From a virus (taxonomy: Duplodnaviria > Caudoviricetes): DNA of 64,000 bases. The translations under genes and the position numbers were made by a program. The first letter of the stretch is position 1. Each line of letters starts with the position of its first letter. Location: the IMG/VR virus record IMGVR_UViG_3300028601_000022, positions 64,001-128,000 of that record; one strand, 5' to 3'. Shown here piece after piece: positions 47,060 to 56,431 of this stretch. Below the pieces are notes generated by a model. It saw only the letters and a list, made by a program, of their open reading frames with translations. It was not told where the DNA came from and did no database searches.

Positions 47060-47821
47060 ATGATTATTTGCGTAGCCAACACTTCACCGGCTAAGGTGAA
47101 GAAGCAGTTTGAAAAGAAGGGCATCGCGTTTTCCATGTGGAAGCCCGATACTGAAATTGACCCTGATACTACCTACGGGTTCTTTAACTTCAATGACCTT
47201 CGTGCCGCTAAGGTGAAAAGAACTCCCGTGTTCTTCAACATTGTGAGCGCCTTCGGGCATATTGCAATCAACCATCCTATCTATCGGTACGACTTCAAGG
47301 AGATGGACAACGGGATGGTGTTCTTTCACGAGCCGAAAATGAACAAGGTGGCGAAACTCGCTGCTTCCAAATTCTCTACCAAAGCGCTCAATGACGTTAT
47401 GTTCAAGCCTGCAAAGGTATCCTCACACGACGGCTCCGAATTGGCGCGGAGGTGGAATAACTTCATCATTACTCTGCCGTCGTGCGTGGCTGAAACCTTC
47501 ATGGTGTGCTTCCTTACATGCGTAAGGTCGAATGACAAGGAGAAGTTTCAGGCCTTCGTCACCGATAACCGTCTGGTAGGAACGGCAAACAAGGCGGCTT
47601 ATCAGGAATTGCAGGCAATCATTGCCTGCATGTGGGCCGTCATGCACGCCTGCGCAATGAAGACGGAGAAAATGGAAAAACTCCGCAAGAGCTTCATCAA
47701 GAAGAATCCGGCTCTGGAAAACTCCCTTTCAAGGTTCCTCTTCTGGAACAAGTCCTACAAAGGGAAGGAGTTGTCAGACTATCTGGATGATGAAAACAAC
47801 GTGTCCCTGGGAATACAATAA
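47060..47821 (+). CDS. hypothetical protein
   Basis: 253 aa, AAGGA RBS. Confidence 0.65.
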   Translation: MIICVANTSPAKVKKQFEKKGIAFSMWKPDTEIDPDTTYGFFNFNDLRAAKVKRTPVFFNIVSAFGHIAINHPIYRYDFKEMDNGMVFFHEPKMNKVAKLAASKFSTKALNDVMFKPAKVSSHDGSELARRWNNFIITLPSCVAETFMVCFLTCVRSNDKEKFQAFVTDNRLVGTANKAAYQELQAIIACMWAVMHACAMKTEKMEKLRKSFIKKNPALENSLSRFLFWNKSYKGKELSDYLDDENNVSLGIQ

Positions 47822-47844
47822 CAACCTACCCTGGCGAGGAATAC

Positions 47845-48876
47845 ATGAATCCTGTAAAAGTTGCCCAATTGATTATGGAGAAACTGCTTCTTGACCCTGA
47901 AAGCGAGGTTGTTCTCCCCGTTGTTGCAGTGGCTCATACCTCTGACACGCTTAAGGTGGTGCAGGAGCTGGTTAAGCTGGAAGTGGCAGACAAGTTTCTG
48001 TCCGGGTACTCTTCGGACTTGGATGTCCCATCAGGTTACAGCGACCGCTGTCACGACTTTACGTCCTTGTGTGTCACCGATGAACCATCTTCTATCGACT
48101 ACATTAAAAGGTTATTCAACCCTAACTATGTTATTACCGTGAATGGCGACGACTCTATTCACGTCATTCACGCCAGGGCGTCTTTCCCTCATTGCACCGT
48201 CCCCTCTCATACGCTTCGAAAGAAGTTTCTATACCTTCCTGAAAGGAAGCTCGTTTACTGTGTAATGAACAAGTGCGGCAGCACCTACATCGGCAGGGGG
48301 TTGACTGGCCTTGATACGGACGATGCCATTCAGGCCCGTTCGTCCTCCCTTTATCACATGCAGGACATATTCTCGCGCACCAATGACCTGTACAAGTTCA
48401 CCGTGGTGCGCAACCCCTACTCCCGCTTTGTGTCCACCTACCTTGACATTATTGCAGGGCCCGAAGGTGTACCGTCTCCGCGAAACATTTACTACCGTAG
48501 GGCCTTGAAGCTCCCGGTTGACCGCCGTATCGAGTTCACTGAACTGATTGACGCGGTTGAAAAGCAGGGCTTTATCTGGGGGCCGGGCCACGAGCATTGG
48601 CTGCCTCAAACGACCATCGCCTGCATAGGCATCATCAAGTATGACGATGTTGGTCGCCTTGAAGACCTCAACAACTTCCTTGAAACCAAGGTTGTTCCTG
48701 TGCTGCGCGCCAACGGTGATACCAGGCAGAACATATTCAGTGGTGAACACTGCCGAAAGTCTGGCGCCTCGGATAGCTGGACACAATTCTACACGGACGA
48801 CGGTATCCGAAACCGCGTGTACAGCCTGTACGAAATTGACTTTGACGTTCTCCGCTACTCGAAATGGATTATCTAG
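47845..48876 (+). CDS. PAPS-dependent sulfotransferase (Sulfotransfer_2-like) with extra N-terminal domain
   Basis: 5'-PSB NKCGST, 3'-PB VRNPYSRFVSTY, HWLPQ, GRLEDL, Y..DF..L.Y. Confidence 0.85.
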   Translation: MNPVKVAQLIMEKLLLDPESEVVLPVVAVAHTSDTLKVVQELVKLEVADKFLSGYSSDLDVPSGYSDRCHDFTSLCVTDEPSSIDYIKRLFNPNYVITVNGDDSIHVIHARASFPHCTVPSHTLRKKFLYLPERKLVYCVMNKCGSTYIGRGLTGLDTDDAIQARSSSLYHMQDIFSRTNDLYKFTVVRNPYSRFVSTYLDIIAGPEGVPSPRNIYYRRALKLPVDRRIEFTELIDAVEKQGFIWGPGHEHWLPQTTIACIGIIKYDDVGRLEDLNNFLETKVVPVLRANGDTRQNIFSGEHCRKSGASDSWTQFYTDDGIRNRVYSLYEIDFDVLRYSKWII

Positions 48877-48963
48877 CGGCTACGTTTAATACAAAGTATT
48901 GTTGCAATAGCCTATAAGGCATAGGGCCTTTTGGCTTGAACTCACAAAATCAGGAGAAATCCA

Positions 48964-49260
48964 ATGGGTGTCATTTACTGCAAAGAATCCAATGAGCTTG
49001 TTGCCTTCAATTTTGCCAATCCCGCCATGGTCATCAACATCTACGAACAGGACAACGGCATGCTGGTCGCCTTCAGCGATGGCCTCCATGACATTCAGGC
49101 CCTGCAGTACGCCAAGCGCCCGGCCACGGAAGTTCTGGCCGAGCTTAAAACCGAAAACCCGTTTATTGCCGACGAACTGTTCGTGGTTACGCCCAGCAGC
49201 GCCGACGCAGAAGGCGAAGACGACGAAGACGAAGACGGTGAAGACTGGCAGAGCCAGTAA
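48964..49260 (+). CDS. small acidic protein
   Basis: AGGAG RBS, D/E-rich C-terminus, flanked by promoter-like motif and terminator. Confidence 0.7.
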   Translation: MGVIYCKESNELVAFNFANPAMVINIYEQDNGMLVAFSDGLHDIQALQYAKRPATEVLAELKTENPFIADELFVVTPSSADAEGEDDEDEDGEDWQSQ

Positions 49261-49291
49261 TCCGGCGCCGGCCTAGGCCACGAGCGAAAGC

Positions 49292-49330
49292 GGAAACCCG
49301 TAGTTCCATTAGGCGCTACGGGTTTCCTTT
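49292..49330 (+). terminator. intrinsic terminator
   Basis: GGAAACCCGTAG...CTACGGGTTTCCTTT. Confidence 0.75.
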
Positions 49331-49351
49331 GTTTCTGACAAGGAGATACCG

Positions 49352-49954
49352 ATGAATGCTGACTTAGCTGGTAAGTATGCGGTTGTAGTGGACCGCGAAA
49401 CAAAAAGAGTTATAGCGGCAGGATTGGTAGTGGATGTAAAAGCAGGAAATTTCAACCTTATAAGCTTCGACCGTATTGCATTTTACCACGAAAATGGTAA
49501 CTACCACTATCGCGTTCTTGTACTTCCGCAGAATGTTATTGAAGACCTTACGATACACCCTACCCCTTCGAGCTACCTAGTATTGCCATTCAACAGGAAC
49601 GGAATGGCCGCAGATATTTATTTGGAGAATACCGAGTATGACGTTGAAGTAAGTGAGTTGGTTGCTACCTTGAACACCGTATCTGGTATACAGACTACCG
49701 GAAGCTGCTCTGGTCACGGGCGTGACCACCTGTTTGTGACTATGTTCTTTAGCTCCCTCGACCCGCTGTCCAGGCTTGCCTCTATTATTGAGGATAATGG
49801 ACTTTGGTTTACTCTTTCTACTGATACCCGTGTTTACCAGGCTAAGACACCGGGTAAGATACACTTACGGCTGCAATCTGGCTATTTAGGAAATGCAGCA
49901 TATGAAGAGGCCCAAAGGCTGGCCAACATTATTAAAGAAAATTGGGTGAATTAA
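49352..49954 (+). CDS. hypothetical protein with T.SCSGH motif
   Basis: AAGGAG RBS; LN...GIQTTGSCSGH. Confidence 0.6.
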   Translation: MNADLAGKYAVVVDRETKRVIAAGLVVDVKAGNFNLISFDRIAFYHENGNYHYRVLVLPQNVIEDLTIHPTPSSYLVLPFNRNGMAADIYLENTEYDVEVSELVATLNTVSGIQTTGSCSGHGRDHLFVTMFFSSLDPLSRLASIIEDNGLWFTLSTDTRVYQAKTPGKIHLRLQSGYLGNAAYEEAQRLANIIKENWVN

Positions 49955-49955
49955 G

Positions 49956-50915
49956 ATGGCAGCGAATAGAGGTCCTACTCCCCAGTTTGTTAAGCAGGAA
50001 TTGAACAGACTTAACGTAAATTTCCAGAAGGCCGGTGATAGCTACATGATGATGTGCTGCTTTCACCGGGATGTTAAGACACCCAGCCTATCTATCAAGG
50101 TAGAGGCTGGTGGAACTTATCCTCCTGGAACTTTCAACTGCCTGGGTTGCCATGAATCAGGCTCTTGGAACACCCTTGCTGCACGGCTTGGTCTAGCGCA
50201 GTGGGGTAAGGAGACAGAGCAAGACAACTTCTATGTGGACAAATCCATCAAGGAAGTAAAGAAGGAAATCGAAGACTCTACCTTGCGCCTTTCCAAGTGG
50301 GACAGGAAGTGGAAGCGGTATGACCCTGCGTTTTTGCGCAAGTTCCAGGCTCGTAAGCTTACAGACTCGCGTACAGGAATTGAATATCTGTGGCTACCAC
50401 TGAATTATGGTGGCGACATGCAAGGTTACATTCGGGTGAGGGTATCTGAAAAAGACCAAGGACCAAAATATTTCTTCTCCCCGAGGATGACCAAAGTTCT
50501 TTTTCCTGGCGATTACCTATTGAAGTACCAGACACCTGTTATTATTCTGGTAGAAGGAATAGCCGATGCGCTACGCCTAGTGCGGTATCGCATGGCGGCT
50601 GCCTCTATACTGGGTACTATCCTTCTCCCTACAATGAAAGACCAACTGGAGCTCATGGGAGTTCAAACTATTATCACATGCTTAGACGGTGATAAGGCTG
50701 GACGCAGGGCAACTAAGGGGTACAGGCTTGAATCAGGAAAGAAAGTAACCGGTCTTATTGAAACGGTTGAAAATATGGGGCTGAAAGCGGTAGACTTTCG
50801 TTTGCCTAAAGAGAACGACCCTGACGATGCTCCTGTAGAGGTTCTTCGCAAGCTGTGGAAGCTGTATAAAAAACATGGCGGAATAAAACTTCCCAAATGG
50901 GATGCCACTATATAA
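49956..50915 (+). CDS. DNA primase (zinc finger plus TOPRIM)
   Basis: CCFH..K.PSL, FNCLGC..SG, LVEG..DA, LDGDKAG, DPDD. Confidence 0.88.
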   Translation: MAANRGPTPQFVKQELNRLNVNFQKAGDSYMMMCCFHRDVKTPSLSIKVEAGGTYPPGTFNCLGCHESGSWNTLAARLGLAQWGKETEQDNFYVDKSIKEVKKEIEDSTLRLSKWDRKWKRYDPAFLRKFQARKLTDSRTGIEYLWLPLNYGGDMQGYIRVRVSEKDQGPKYFFSPRMTKVLFPGDYLLKYQTPVIILVEGIADALRLVRYRMAAASILGTILLPTMKDQLELMGVQTIITCLDGDKAGRRATKGYRLESGKKVTGLIETVENMGLKAVDFRLPKENDPDDAPVEVLRKLWKLYKKHGGIKLPKWDATI

Positions 50916-50933
50916 CAAGTTCTGGAGCCCGCA

Positions 50934-51911
50934 ATGTCCTATAAGAATGTTCTTGATGCCGCATGGCAGAAAACTACCAAGATGGAACCCTTCAAAATGG
51001 ACAGGGGCCGCCCTCCGAGGTTTCGTCTTTCTGGCAGCCCTTTCTGCCCCTACAAGTTTCTATACCAGTGGTATGACTATGTGACAACTGGTAGGGTAGA
51101 CTTCTGGGACTATCCGGCGGACTTCTATACCGGCATCGGTACAGCTATTCACTCCACTCTTCAGAAGTGGGTTCCCCTTTGCAATCCTGGTCTATACCTC
51201 GGCAACTGGCAATGCCCTGAATGCCGTAAGGTAATTCAGTCTGCGGTGGGCCCTAAGATGTGCCCTGACTGCAACCGCTGGATGCGCTATGAGGAATATG
51301 AATACTCGGACGGGTGGTACTTCTCGGCCCATTGGGACGGTGTTCTTATTACCGACACCAATCTCATAAAGACCCTTGGCATTACGCTCGATAATACGAA
51401 GCCGATGGACAAGTACCTGCGTAAATGCAAGGTGCCGGTGAAGGCCATCGTTACAGAATACAAGTCGGCTGGATCTTTCAAGTCAAAGAGAATTGGTGGG
51501 CCTACTCCTGAAAACAAGGCACAGGCCCTCATGTATGCCCCATGCGCAACGCGCAAGCTTAAAGCCGAGGGGCTCAACATTGAGATAATAGGCTCCGTCG
51601 TAAAGTACCTGTCAAGGGATAATCCCAACTCTGCCAGCAATGACTTCTTCCTTCCGGCTGACGGCGACGGCTTCTACTACCACAGCAAGAAGGTAGTGAA
51701 GTCTGTCGTTAAAGCTATAAAGGAAGGTAGCATTGACCCTATCGTGGACTTCGGTCTCCCCTGCAAGGGCAAGTACAAAGACCTGCATTCCAAGTGCGGT
51801 TACCGTGACTCTTGTGAGGGGTTGCGAAAGAGCATCAAGTCCATGTTCAAGGACGTGAAAAAGGATATCAAGAAGGACTTCTTGTTCCTGAAAAGCCTGA
51901 GGAGTGAGTAA
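50934..51911 (+). CDS. Cas4-like PD-(D/E)XK exonuclease
   Basis: S..P.C, GTAIH, HWDG, EYKS, Q...Y, C-terminal Cys cluster. Confidence 0.7.
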   Translation: MSYKNVLDAAWQKTTKMEPFKMDRGRPPRFRLSGSPFCPYKFLYQWYDYVTTGRVDFWDYPADFYTGIGTAIHSTLQKWVPLCNPGLYLGNWQCPECRKVIQSAVGPKMCPDCNRWMRYEEYEYSDGWYFSAHWDGVLITDTNLIKTLGITLDNTKPMDKYLRKCKVPVKAIVTEYKSAGSFKSKRIGGPTPENKAQALMYAPCATRKLKAEGLNIEIIGSVVKYLSRDNPNSASNDFFLPADGDGFYYHSKKVVKSVVKAIKEGSIDPIVDFGLPCKGKYKDLHSKCGYRDSCEGLRKSIKSMFKDVKKDIKKDFLFLKSLRSE

Positions 51912-53320
51912 TGTTTACTCTCGTTCACGCTGGCAATACCTACGCAACACGCGGCGGCCTTGCCATATATGTAAAGTTGAAGAAGCGCGTAGGCGGATAT
52001 TCGGAGTTGCAAACGCCGAACGGTACCTACGTTTCTTTGAAGGACAGGGAAATCTTTATTGCACGCCGCGGGTTTCGCGAGTACGGTATGCCCTTGTTCC
52101 TTGAGGGCTATGACTTTGCGGTAAACCTGGACATTGCAAACAATAAGTCCGCTGTTCACTCTCCAGGAATAATGTTCATCAACGAACAGAGCAACCTGGA
52201 ATTTGACAAGCGCATGTTCAACCCGCGCAAGATGTTTCTGGACTCTGGCGGATTCCTTCTGCTTGCAGGAACAAAGGACTTCCTCGATCCTGTCGAGCTT
52301 GCCCTTACTTACAACAAGTACGCCAATCTTGGCATGGCACTGGATATACCTCTCGGGCGCGCAAGCGGGCAAACCCTTAACCGGGCAATCTTTCACGCGC
52401 ATGTGCAGCGCCTTAATACGAATATTATCAAGAAGCACCTTGACGATTCCGTTACACTGTACAACATATCCCACGGTTCTACGCCTGAAATAAGAAAGGC
52501 ATACATGGATATTGTGCAGGACGATGACCTTGACCATTGGGCCTGCGCAGGTTCCATTGGCACTCCTTTTGACCGCATCTATAACGTCCTCAACACCATT
52601 GACTTTGCCGGGCGCAAAAAGGTAAAGAGTATTCACGTTCTCGGTGTTGCTTCGGCTATTTTCATTCCCGTTCTTGCCTGGCTTGGCCGCTATATAGACA
52701 TTTCTTCAGACGCGTCCTCTGCAATGAAATTTGCAAGCAATTACTGCGTGAATGAGCTTCACGGTATCAAGTTGTCCCAGTCCTACATAGGGAACAATTT
52801 CAAGACCGAGGGTAAGGTAAGGACAAAGAACTTTCACCCTAAGTTCATGTGCAGTTGTGGTGTATGCCAGGCCCTGGGTTCAACGGAACTGTACCAGAAA
52901 ATTGGAACTTACGGCGCGTCTTCTCCGCATACCGAAGTTCTGTGGATACATAACCAAAGTATCTATGATGAATACACCGCTAGCTGGAACGCACTCGCAA
53001 AAGCCTGTACGCCTTCTGAATACAAGGCAGAATACGCCCGCATCCTGGCTCGCAGCGACATGCGCAATACCAAAATCATTGACCTTATTGAAGACTGGAC
53101 TGGAACAAATGCAAAGCATGCGTGTTCCAAGTACAAGACCTACATGCTTAACATGCTAGGCAGTCAGGTACTTCGTACCGGCGATCCTAAGAAGTTCAAC
53201 CTCATTGAACCCGACGTTGTGGAGCCAGCCAGGCTGAAAGTTCTGGATGCGGCAGCCCATCGCTACCTTGAATTTCATGGGAAGAAACTGGCAAAATACG
53301 CAAAGTACCTGAAAGGATAA
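51911..53320 (+). CDS. tRNA-guanine transglycosylase family protein (DpdA-like DNA transglycosylase)
   Basis: FLDSGGF, MALDIP, SHG, IHVLG, SSDASS, Zn site CSCGVC...H. Confidence 0.75.
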   Translation: MFTLVHAGNTYATRGGLAIYVKLKKRVGGYSELQTPNGTYVSLKDREIFIARRGFREYGMPLFLEGYDFAVNLDIANNKSAVHSPGIMFINEQSNLEFDKRMFNPRKMFLDSGGFLLLAGTKDFLDPVELALTYNKYANLGMALDIPLGRASGQTLNRAIFHAHVQRLNTNIIKKHLDDSVTLYNISHGSTPEIRKAYMDIVQDDDLDHWACAGSIGTPFDRIYNVLNTIDFAGRKKVKSIHVLGVASAIFIPVLAWLGRYIDISSDASSAMKFASNYCVNELHGIKLSQSYIGNNFKTEGKVRTKNFHPKFMCSCGVCQALGSTELYQKIGTYGASSPHTEVLWIHNQSIYDEYTASWNALAKACTPSEYKAEYARILARSDMRNTKIIDLIEDWTGTNAKHACSKYKTYMLNMLGSQVLRTGDPKKFNLIEPDVVEPARLKVLDAAAHRYLEFHGKKLAKYAKYLKG

Positions 53321-53324
53321 TGCT

Positions 53325-54236
53325 ATGTCATCAGGCTGGCCTAAAGTAAGGGGATTCGTTGGCTTGCATGCTAAGTCCTATACCTGGATGGTAGCTTTTG
53401 ACGTGTGGGCCAGAAACTTCCTGTGCTGCATCTATAATAGCCCAGGTCTGAATAGGTACTATACGAACTCCCTTCGGAGATACCATACATACCAGGACAG
53501 ACACAAAGAAACCACTAACTACTTGAACTTCCTGGTTACTTCCGATGCGACCAGGATAAATTGCATGTATCTGACAAAGTCCTTTTCTCGAAAGACTTTC
53601 GTGGAGATGCTAAGTTATCTTGACTCCCTTCTGAAGTCCAAGAAAGAGGAAGATAAGCACGAACTGTACCGAAGCTGGCCTGTATCAGACCTTCTACGGA
53701 TGCAGGTTCATGAAACCCAGGAAAAGGTAGTGGAGTTTCTTGGCCTTCTGTATCACTACCTGAAAAGCTTGGTAATCAAGTTGCTTCTTACCAATCGGTC
53801 TAAGGAGAGGGCATACGATGCGGACAAACTTCGCTCCGAAGCTTTCAATGTTCTCCTCTCAATGCTGGAGAAGTACCAACTGCATCATTCAGGTTTCAAG
53901 GTACCCTTCACCTCCCAGCTTATGTGGCTTGCAAAGCCAAAGAAGAAGGAAATAGTCGAATATGAAATGTGGGGATTCGGTGAGGAAGCAAAGATTCTAT
54001 CGCTTGACCTCACCACGCTAGATGGCGAGGATTACTCAACTACGGAAAACAGGGTTATCCATCTTGAGGCCATCGACAAGATACAGCAGGCTTCTGACTC
54101 TGACGCTGAAGCCGAATCTGACATAGCCAAAGTAGAGGATGCCCTTAGTTATATACCAACCCAACTTCGTGACTTTTTACTTGCCGTTACAGGACTGACA
54201 ACCTATCAGGGTGATCCTGAACAGTATCAGGACTAG
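53325..54236 (+). CDS. possible phage RNA polymerase sigma factor
   Basis: DKLRSEAF..LL..LEKY....PFTS.LMW...ILSLD resembles sigma70 regions 2-3. Confidence 0.4.
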   Translation: MSSGWPKVRGFVGLHAKSYTWMVAFDVWARNFLCCIYNSPGLNRYYTNSLRRYHTYQDRHKETTNYLNFLVTSDATRINCMYLTKSFSRKTFVEMLSYLDSLLKSKKEEDKHELYRSWPVSDLLRMQVHETQEKVVEFLGLLYHYLKSLVIKLLLTNRSKERAYDADKLRSEAFNVLLSMLEKYQLHHSGFKVPFTSQLMWLAKPKKKEIVEYEMWGFGEEAKILSLDLTTLDGEDYSTTENRVIHLEAIDKIQQASDSDAEAESDIAKVEDALSYIPTQLRDFLLAVTGLTTYQGDPEQYQD

Positions 54237-54253
54237 GCAACTCGGGGGATGAA

Positions 54254-54724
54254 ATGAGTTATGTAACCAATATTTTTGAGGGTGTGGAAACGATGATGGT
54301 TTCTCAACCTCTGCGGGGAAAGACCGAAGATGAAATCACGGCAGACCGAAACAGGGCTATCAATTTCAGCATCCTGTACGGTTTCAACTTCATCAATACC
54401 AGGAATACAGACGACTGGTATGACCCCGAAGCGATGAAGGGGCGCGGCGTGGCCAACGTACCGCTGTGCTTCTTCGCCAAGTCTATTGAATCCATGAGCA
54501 AGTGCCAACTTGCATACTTCGCTTACGGCTGGGAATTTGCCCGCGGCTGTCGCCTTGAACACGCCGTTGCTGAATCCTACGGTCTGGTTATCGTTGAAGA
54601 AAAGGGCCCCAACGGTTCTCCGCTTCACGTTTCTCGCCAGGGCCCAGACGATGCAAGACGTGGCCGCCAGTGGTTTGAAATTTCCGAAGAATACCTCCGC
54701 AGTCTTGATGCCAAGAAAGCATAG
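54254..54724 (+). CDS. DUF4406-like protein
   Basis: MVSQP.RGKT, WEFARGCRLEH..A..YG. Confidence 0.65.
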   Translation: MSYVTNIFEGVETMMVSQPLRGKTEDEITADRNRAINFSILYGFNFINTRNTDDWYDPEAMKGRGVANVPLCFFAKSIESMSKCQLAYFAYGWEFARGCRLEHAVAESYGLVIVEEKGPNGSPLHVSRQGPDDARRGRQWFEISEEYLRSLDAKKA

Positions 54725-54808
54725 CCTCGTTTAAGGCAGAAAGATACAGCGCACACAATGTCACCCAGCTAGGGCATACGCTCTAATAAATTCCTTTAGG
54801 AGGAAGAC

Positions 54809-56347
54809 ATGGCTAAGGAAAAGGTTCGTAAATCACGGGGTTTTGACCTCGAGGACGTTCCCCCGATTACTGAGGGTCGCCGCTTTGATTCTGAAATTGA
54901 AACTTTTGGTTTCTCCGAAAGTTCACACGCGCAAATACGCCTTATTGGCAAGGTCTTTCAGGTCAAAATACACTGGGTGCCCACAATCAAGAAGGACGGC
55001 TCACGTTCGCAGTTCCCGAAGCTGTGTTTGCACAACGACGACGGCAACGAAGAATGCCCTTATTGCAAAATGGGCTTGAGCACCAATACGCGCTACATGC
55101 AGAACGCCATCATTCGCGACCTCGAAGAAGCGCGGCCCAAGAAGGCCAAGTACAGCAAGAAGGCCGAGTTCAAGAAGCCCGGCGACGACAATTGGACTCC
55201 GGTGCGCGTTGTTTCGTTCCCGGCCTCGGTCATGCAGAAAATCCTCAACTTCAAATCGCTGTCCAAGGTCAAGACCAAGGACGGCATCAAGACGTTCCAC
55301 GTGTCCGATGAAAAGTACGGGCGCGACCTTAACGTGAAGCTTGACCCCAACGGGTCTGGCTCCGGCATGTATGATGTGCAGCGCGAAGCAATCTCGCGGC
55401 TGGAGGGCGAAGAACTCGAATACCTGATGTATGACATAGACTCTATCTATGACTGCGTGGAATCCGAGGAAGAAGCCCTTGCCATCATCCGCTCTTGCTA
55501 CGACCGCGGCACGCTTGAAGGCGCCAAGTCCAAAGACGGCAAGGCCCTTGTCAATATGCAGGCCGTCCAGGACCTCCTCGGCATCAAAAGCAAGAAAAAA
55601 CGCCGTGACGAGGATGAGGATGAGGATGACGAGGACGATGATGTTCCTCGCTCCTCGAAGAAATCCAAGTCCAAGAAATCCTCGAAGAAACGCCGCTACG
55701 AGGATGAGGACGAGGACGACGACCTCGAAGACGATGACCTCGAGGATGACGAGGATGAGGACGAGGAAGAAGACGAAGCCCCGCGCGGCAAGAAGGGCAA
55801 GAAGTCCAAGTCCAAGTCCAAGAAATCCTCGAAAAAACGCCGTGACGGGGATGAGGATGACGAGGACGAGGACGATGATGAAGACAGACGTTCTTCCAAG
55901 AAGTCCAAGAAATCCTCAAAAAAGCGGCGTGACGAAGACGAGGATGAGGACGAGGACGACGACCTCGAAGAGGATGAGGATGATGAAGACGAGGACGAAG
56001 CTCCTCGTGGCAAGAAGTCATCCAAGTCCAAGAAATCCTCGAAAAAACGCCGTGACGAGGACGATGACCTCGAGGATGACGAGGATGACGACCTCGAAGA
56101 CGATGACCTCGAGGATGAGGACGACGACGAGGAGGATGAGGACGAGGAAGACGAGCGTACTTCCAAGAAGTCCAAGAAGTCATCCAAGTCCAAGAAATCC
56201 TCGAAGAAACGCCGTGACGAGGATGAGGATGACGAGGACGAGGACGATGATGACCTCGACCTGGATGATGAAGACGAAGACGACGAGGACGAGGATGAAC
56301 GTCCTTCCAAGAAGTCCAAGTCTAAGAAGTCCTCGAAGAAACGCTAA
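54809..56347 (+). CDS. single-stranded DNA-binding protein (gp32-like) with very long charge-blocked tail
   Basis: HW...C...CPYC, N.I.R, D.KYGRD.NV; precedes RecA; D/E and K/S block tail. Confidence 0.65.
   Translation: MAKEKVRKSRGFDLEDVPPITEGRRFDSEIETFGFSESSHAQIRLIGKVFQVKIHWVPTIKKDGSRSQFPKLCLHNDDGNEECPYCKMGLSTNTRYMQNAIIRDLEEARPKKAKYSKKAEFKKPGDDNWTPVRVVSFPASVMQKILNFKSLSKVKTKDGIKTFHVSDEKYGRDLNVKLDPNGSGSGMYDVQREAISRLEGEELEYLMYDIDSIYDCVESEEEALAIIRSCYDRGTLEGAKSKDGKALVNMQAVQDLLGIKSKKKRRDEDEDEDDEDDDVPRSSKKSKSKKSSKKRRYEDEDEDDDLEDDDLEDDEDEDEEEDEAPRGKKGKKSKSKSKKSSKKRRDGDEDDEDEDDDEDRRSSKKSKKSSKKRRDEDEDEDEDDDLEEDEDDEDEDEAPRGKKSSKSKKSSKKRRDEDDDLEDDEDDDLEDDDLEDEDDDEEDEDEEDERTSKKSKKSSKSKKSSKKRRDEDEDDEDEDDDDLDLDDEDEDDEDEDERPSKKSKSKKSSKKR
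55585..56344 (+). repeat. degenerate repeats encoding alternating SKKSKSKKSSKKRR and poly-D/E blocks
   Basis: TCCAAGAAATCCTCGAA(A/G)AAACGCCG and GAGGATGAGGACGAC units recur about 5-6 times. Confidence 0.85.
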
Positions 56348-56431
56348 CGCGGCGCCTGCTGCCTAGATACATCGGAGTGCCTTAGTGCCCAGCATTGAGG
56401 CACTCCTCATCCTATACATACGAGGTAAGGG

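Noticed and set aside
50934-51911. CRISPR-Cas system suggested by the Cas4-like gene
   Set aside because: No repeat-spacer array or other cas genes seen; solo Cas4-like nucleases are common in phage replication modules
55449-56366. Long alternative-frame and antisense ORFs, including the poly-Ser ORF 55696..56319
   Set aside because: Shadows of the low-complexity SSB tail with no RBS; not a second poly-Ser precursor
56374-56406. Hairpin between SSB and recA as a terminator
   Set aside because: Good stem but no U tract; more likely a stability or processing hairpin
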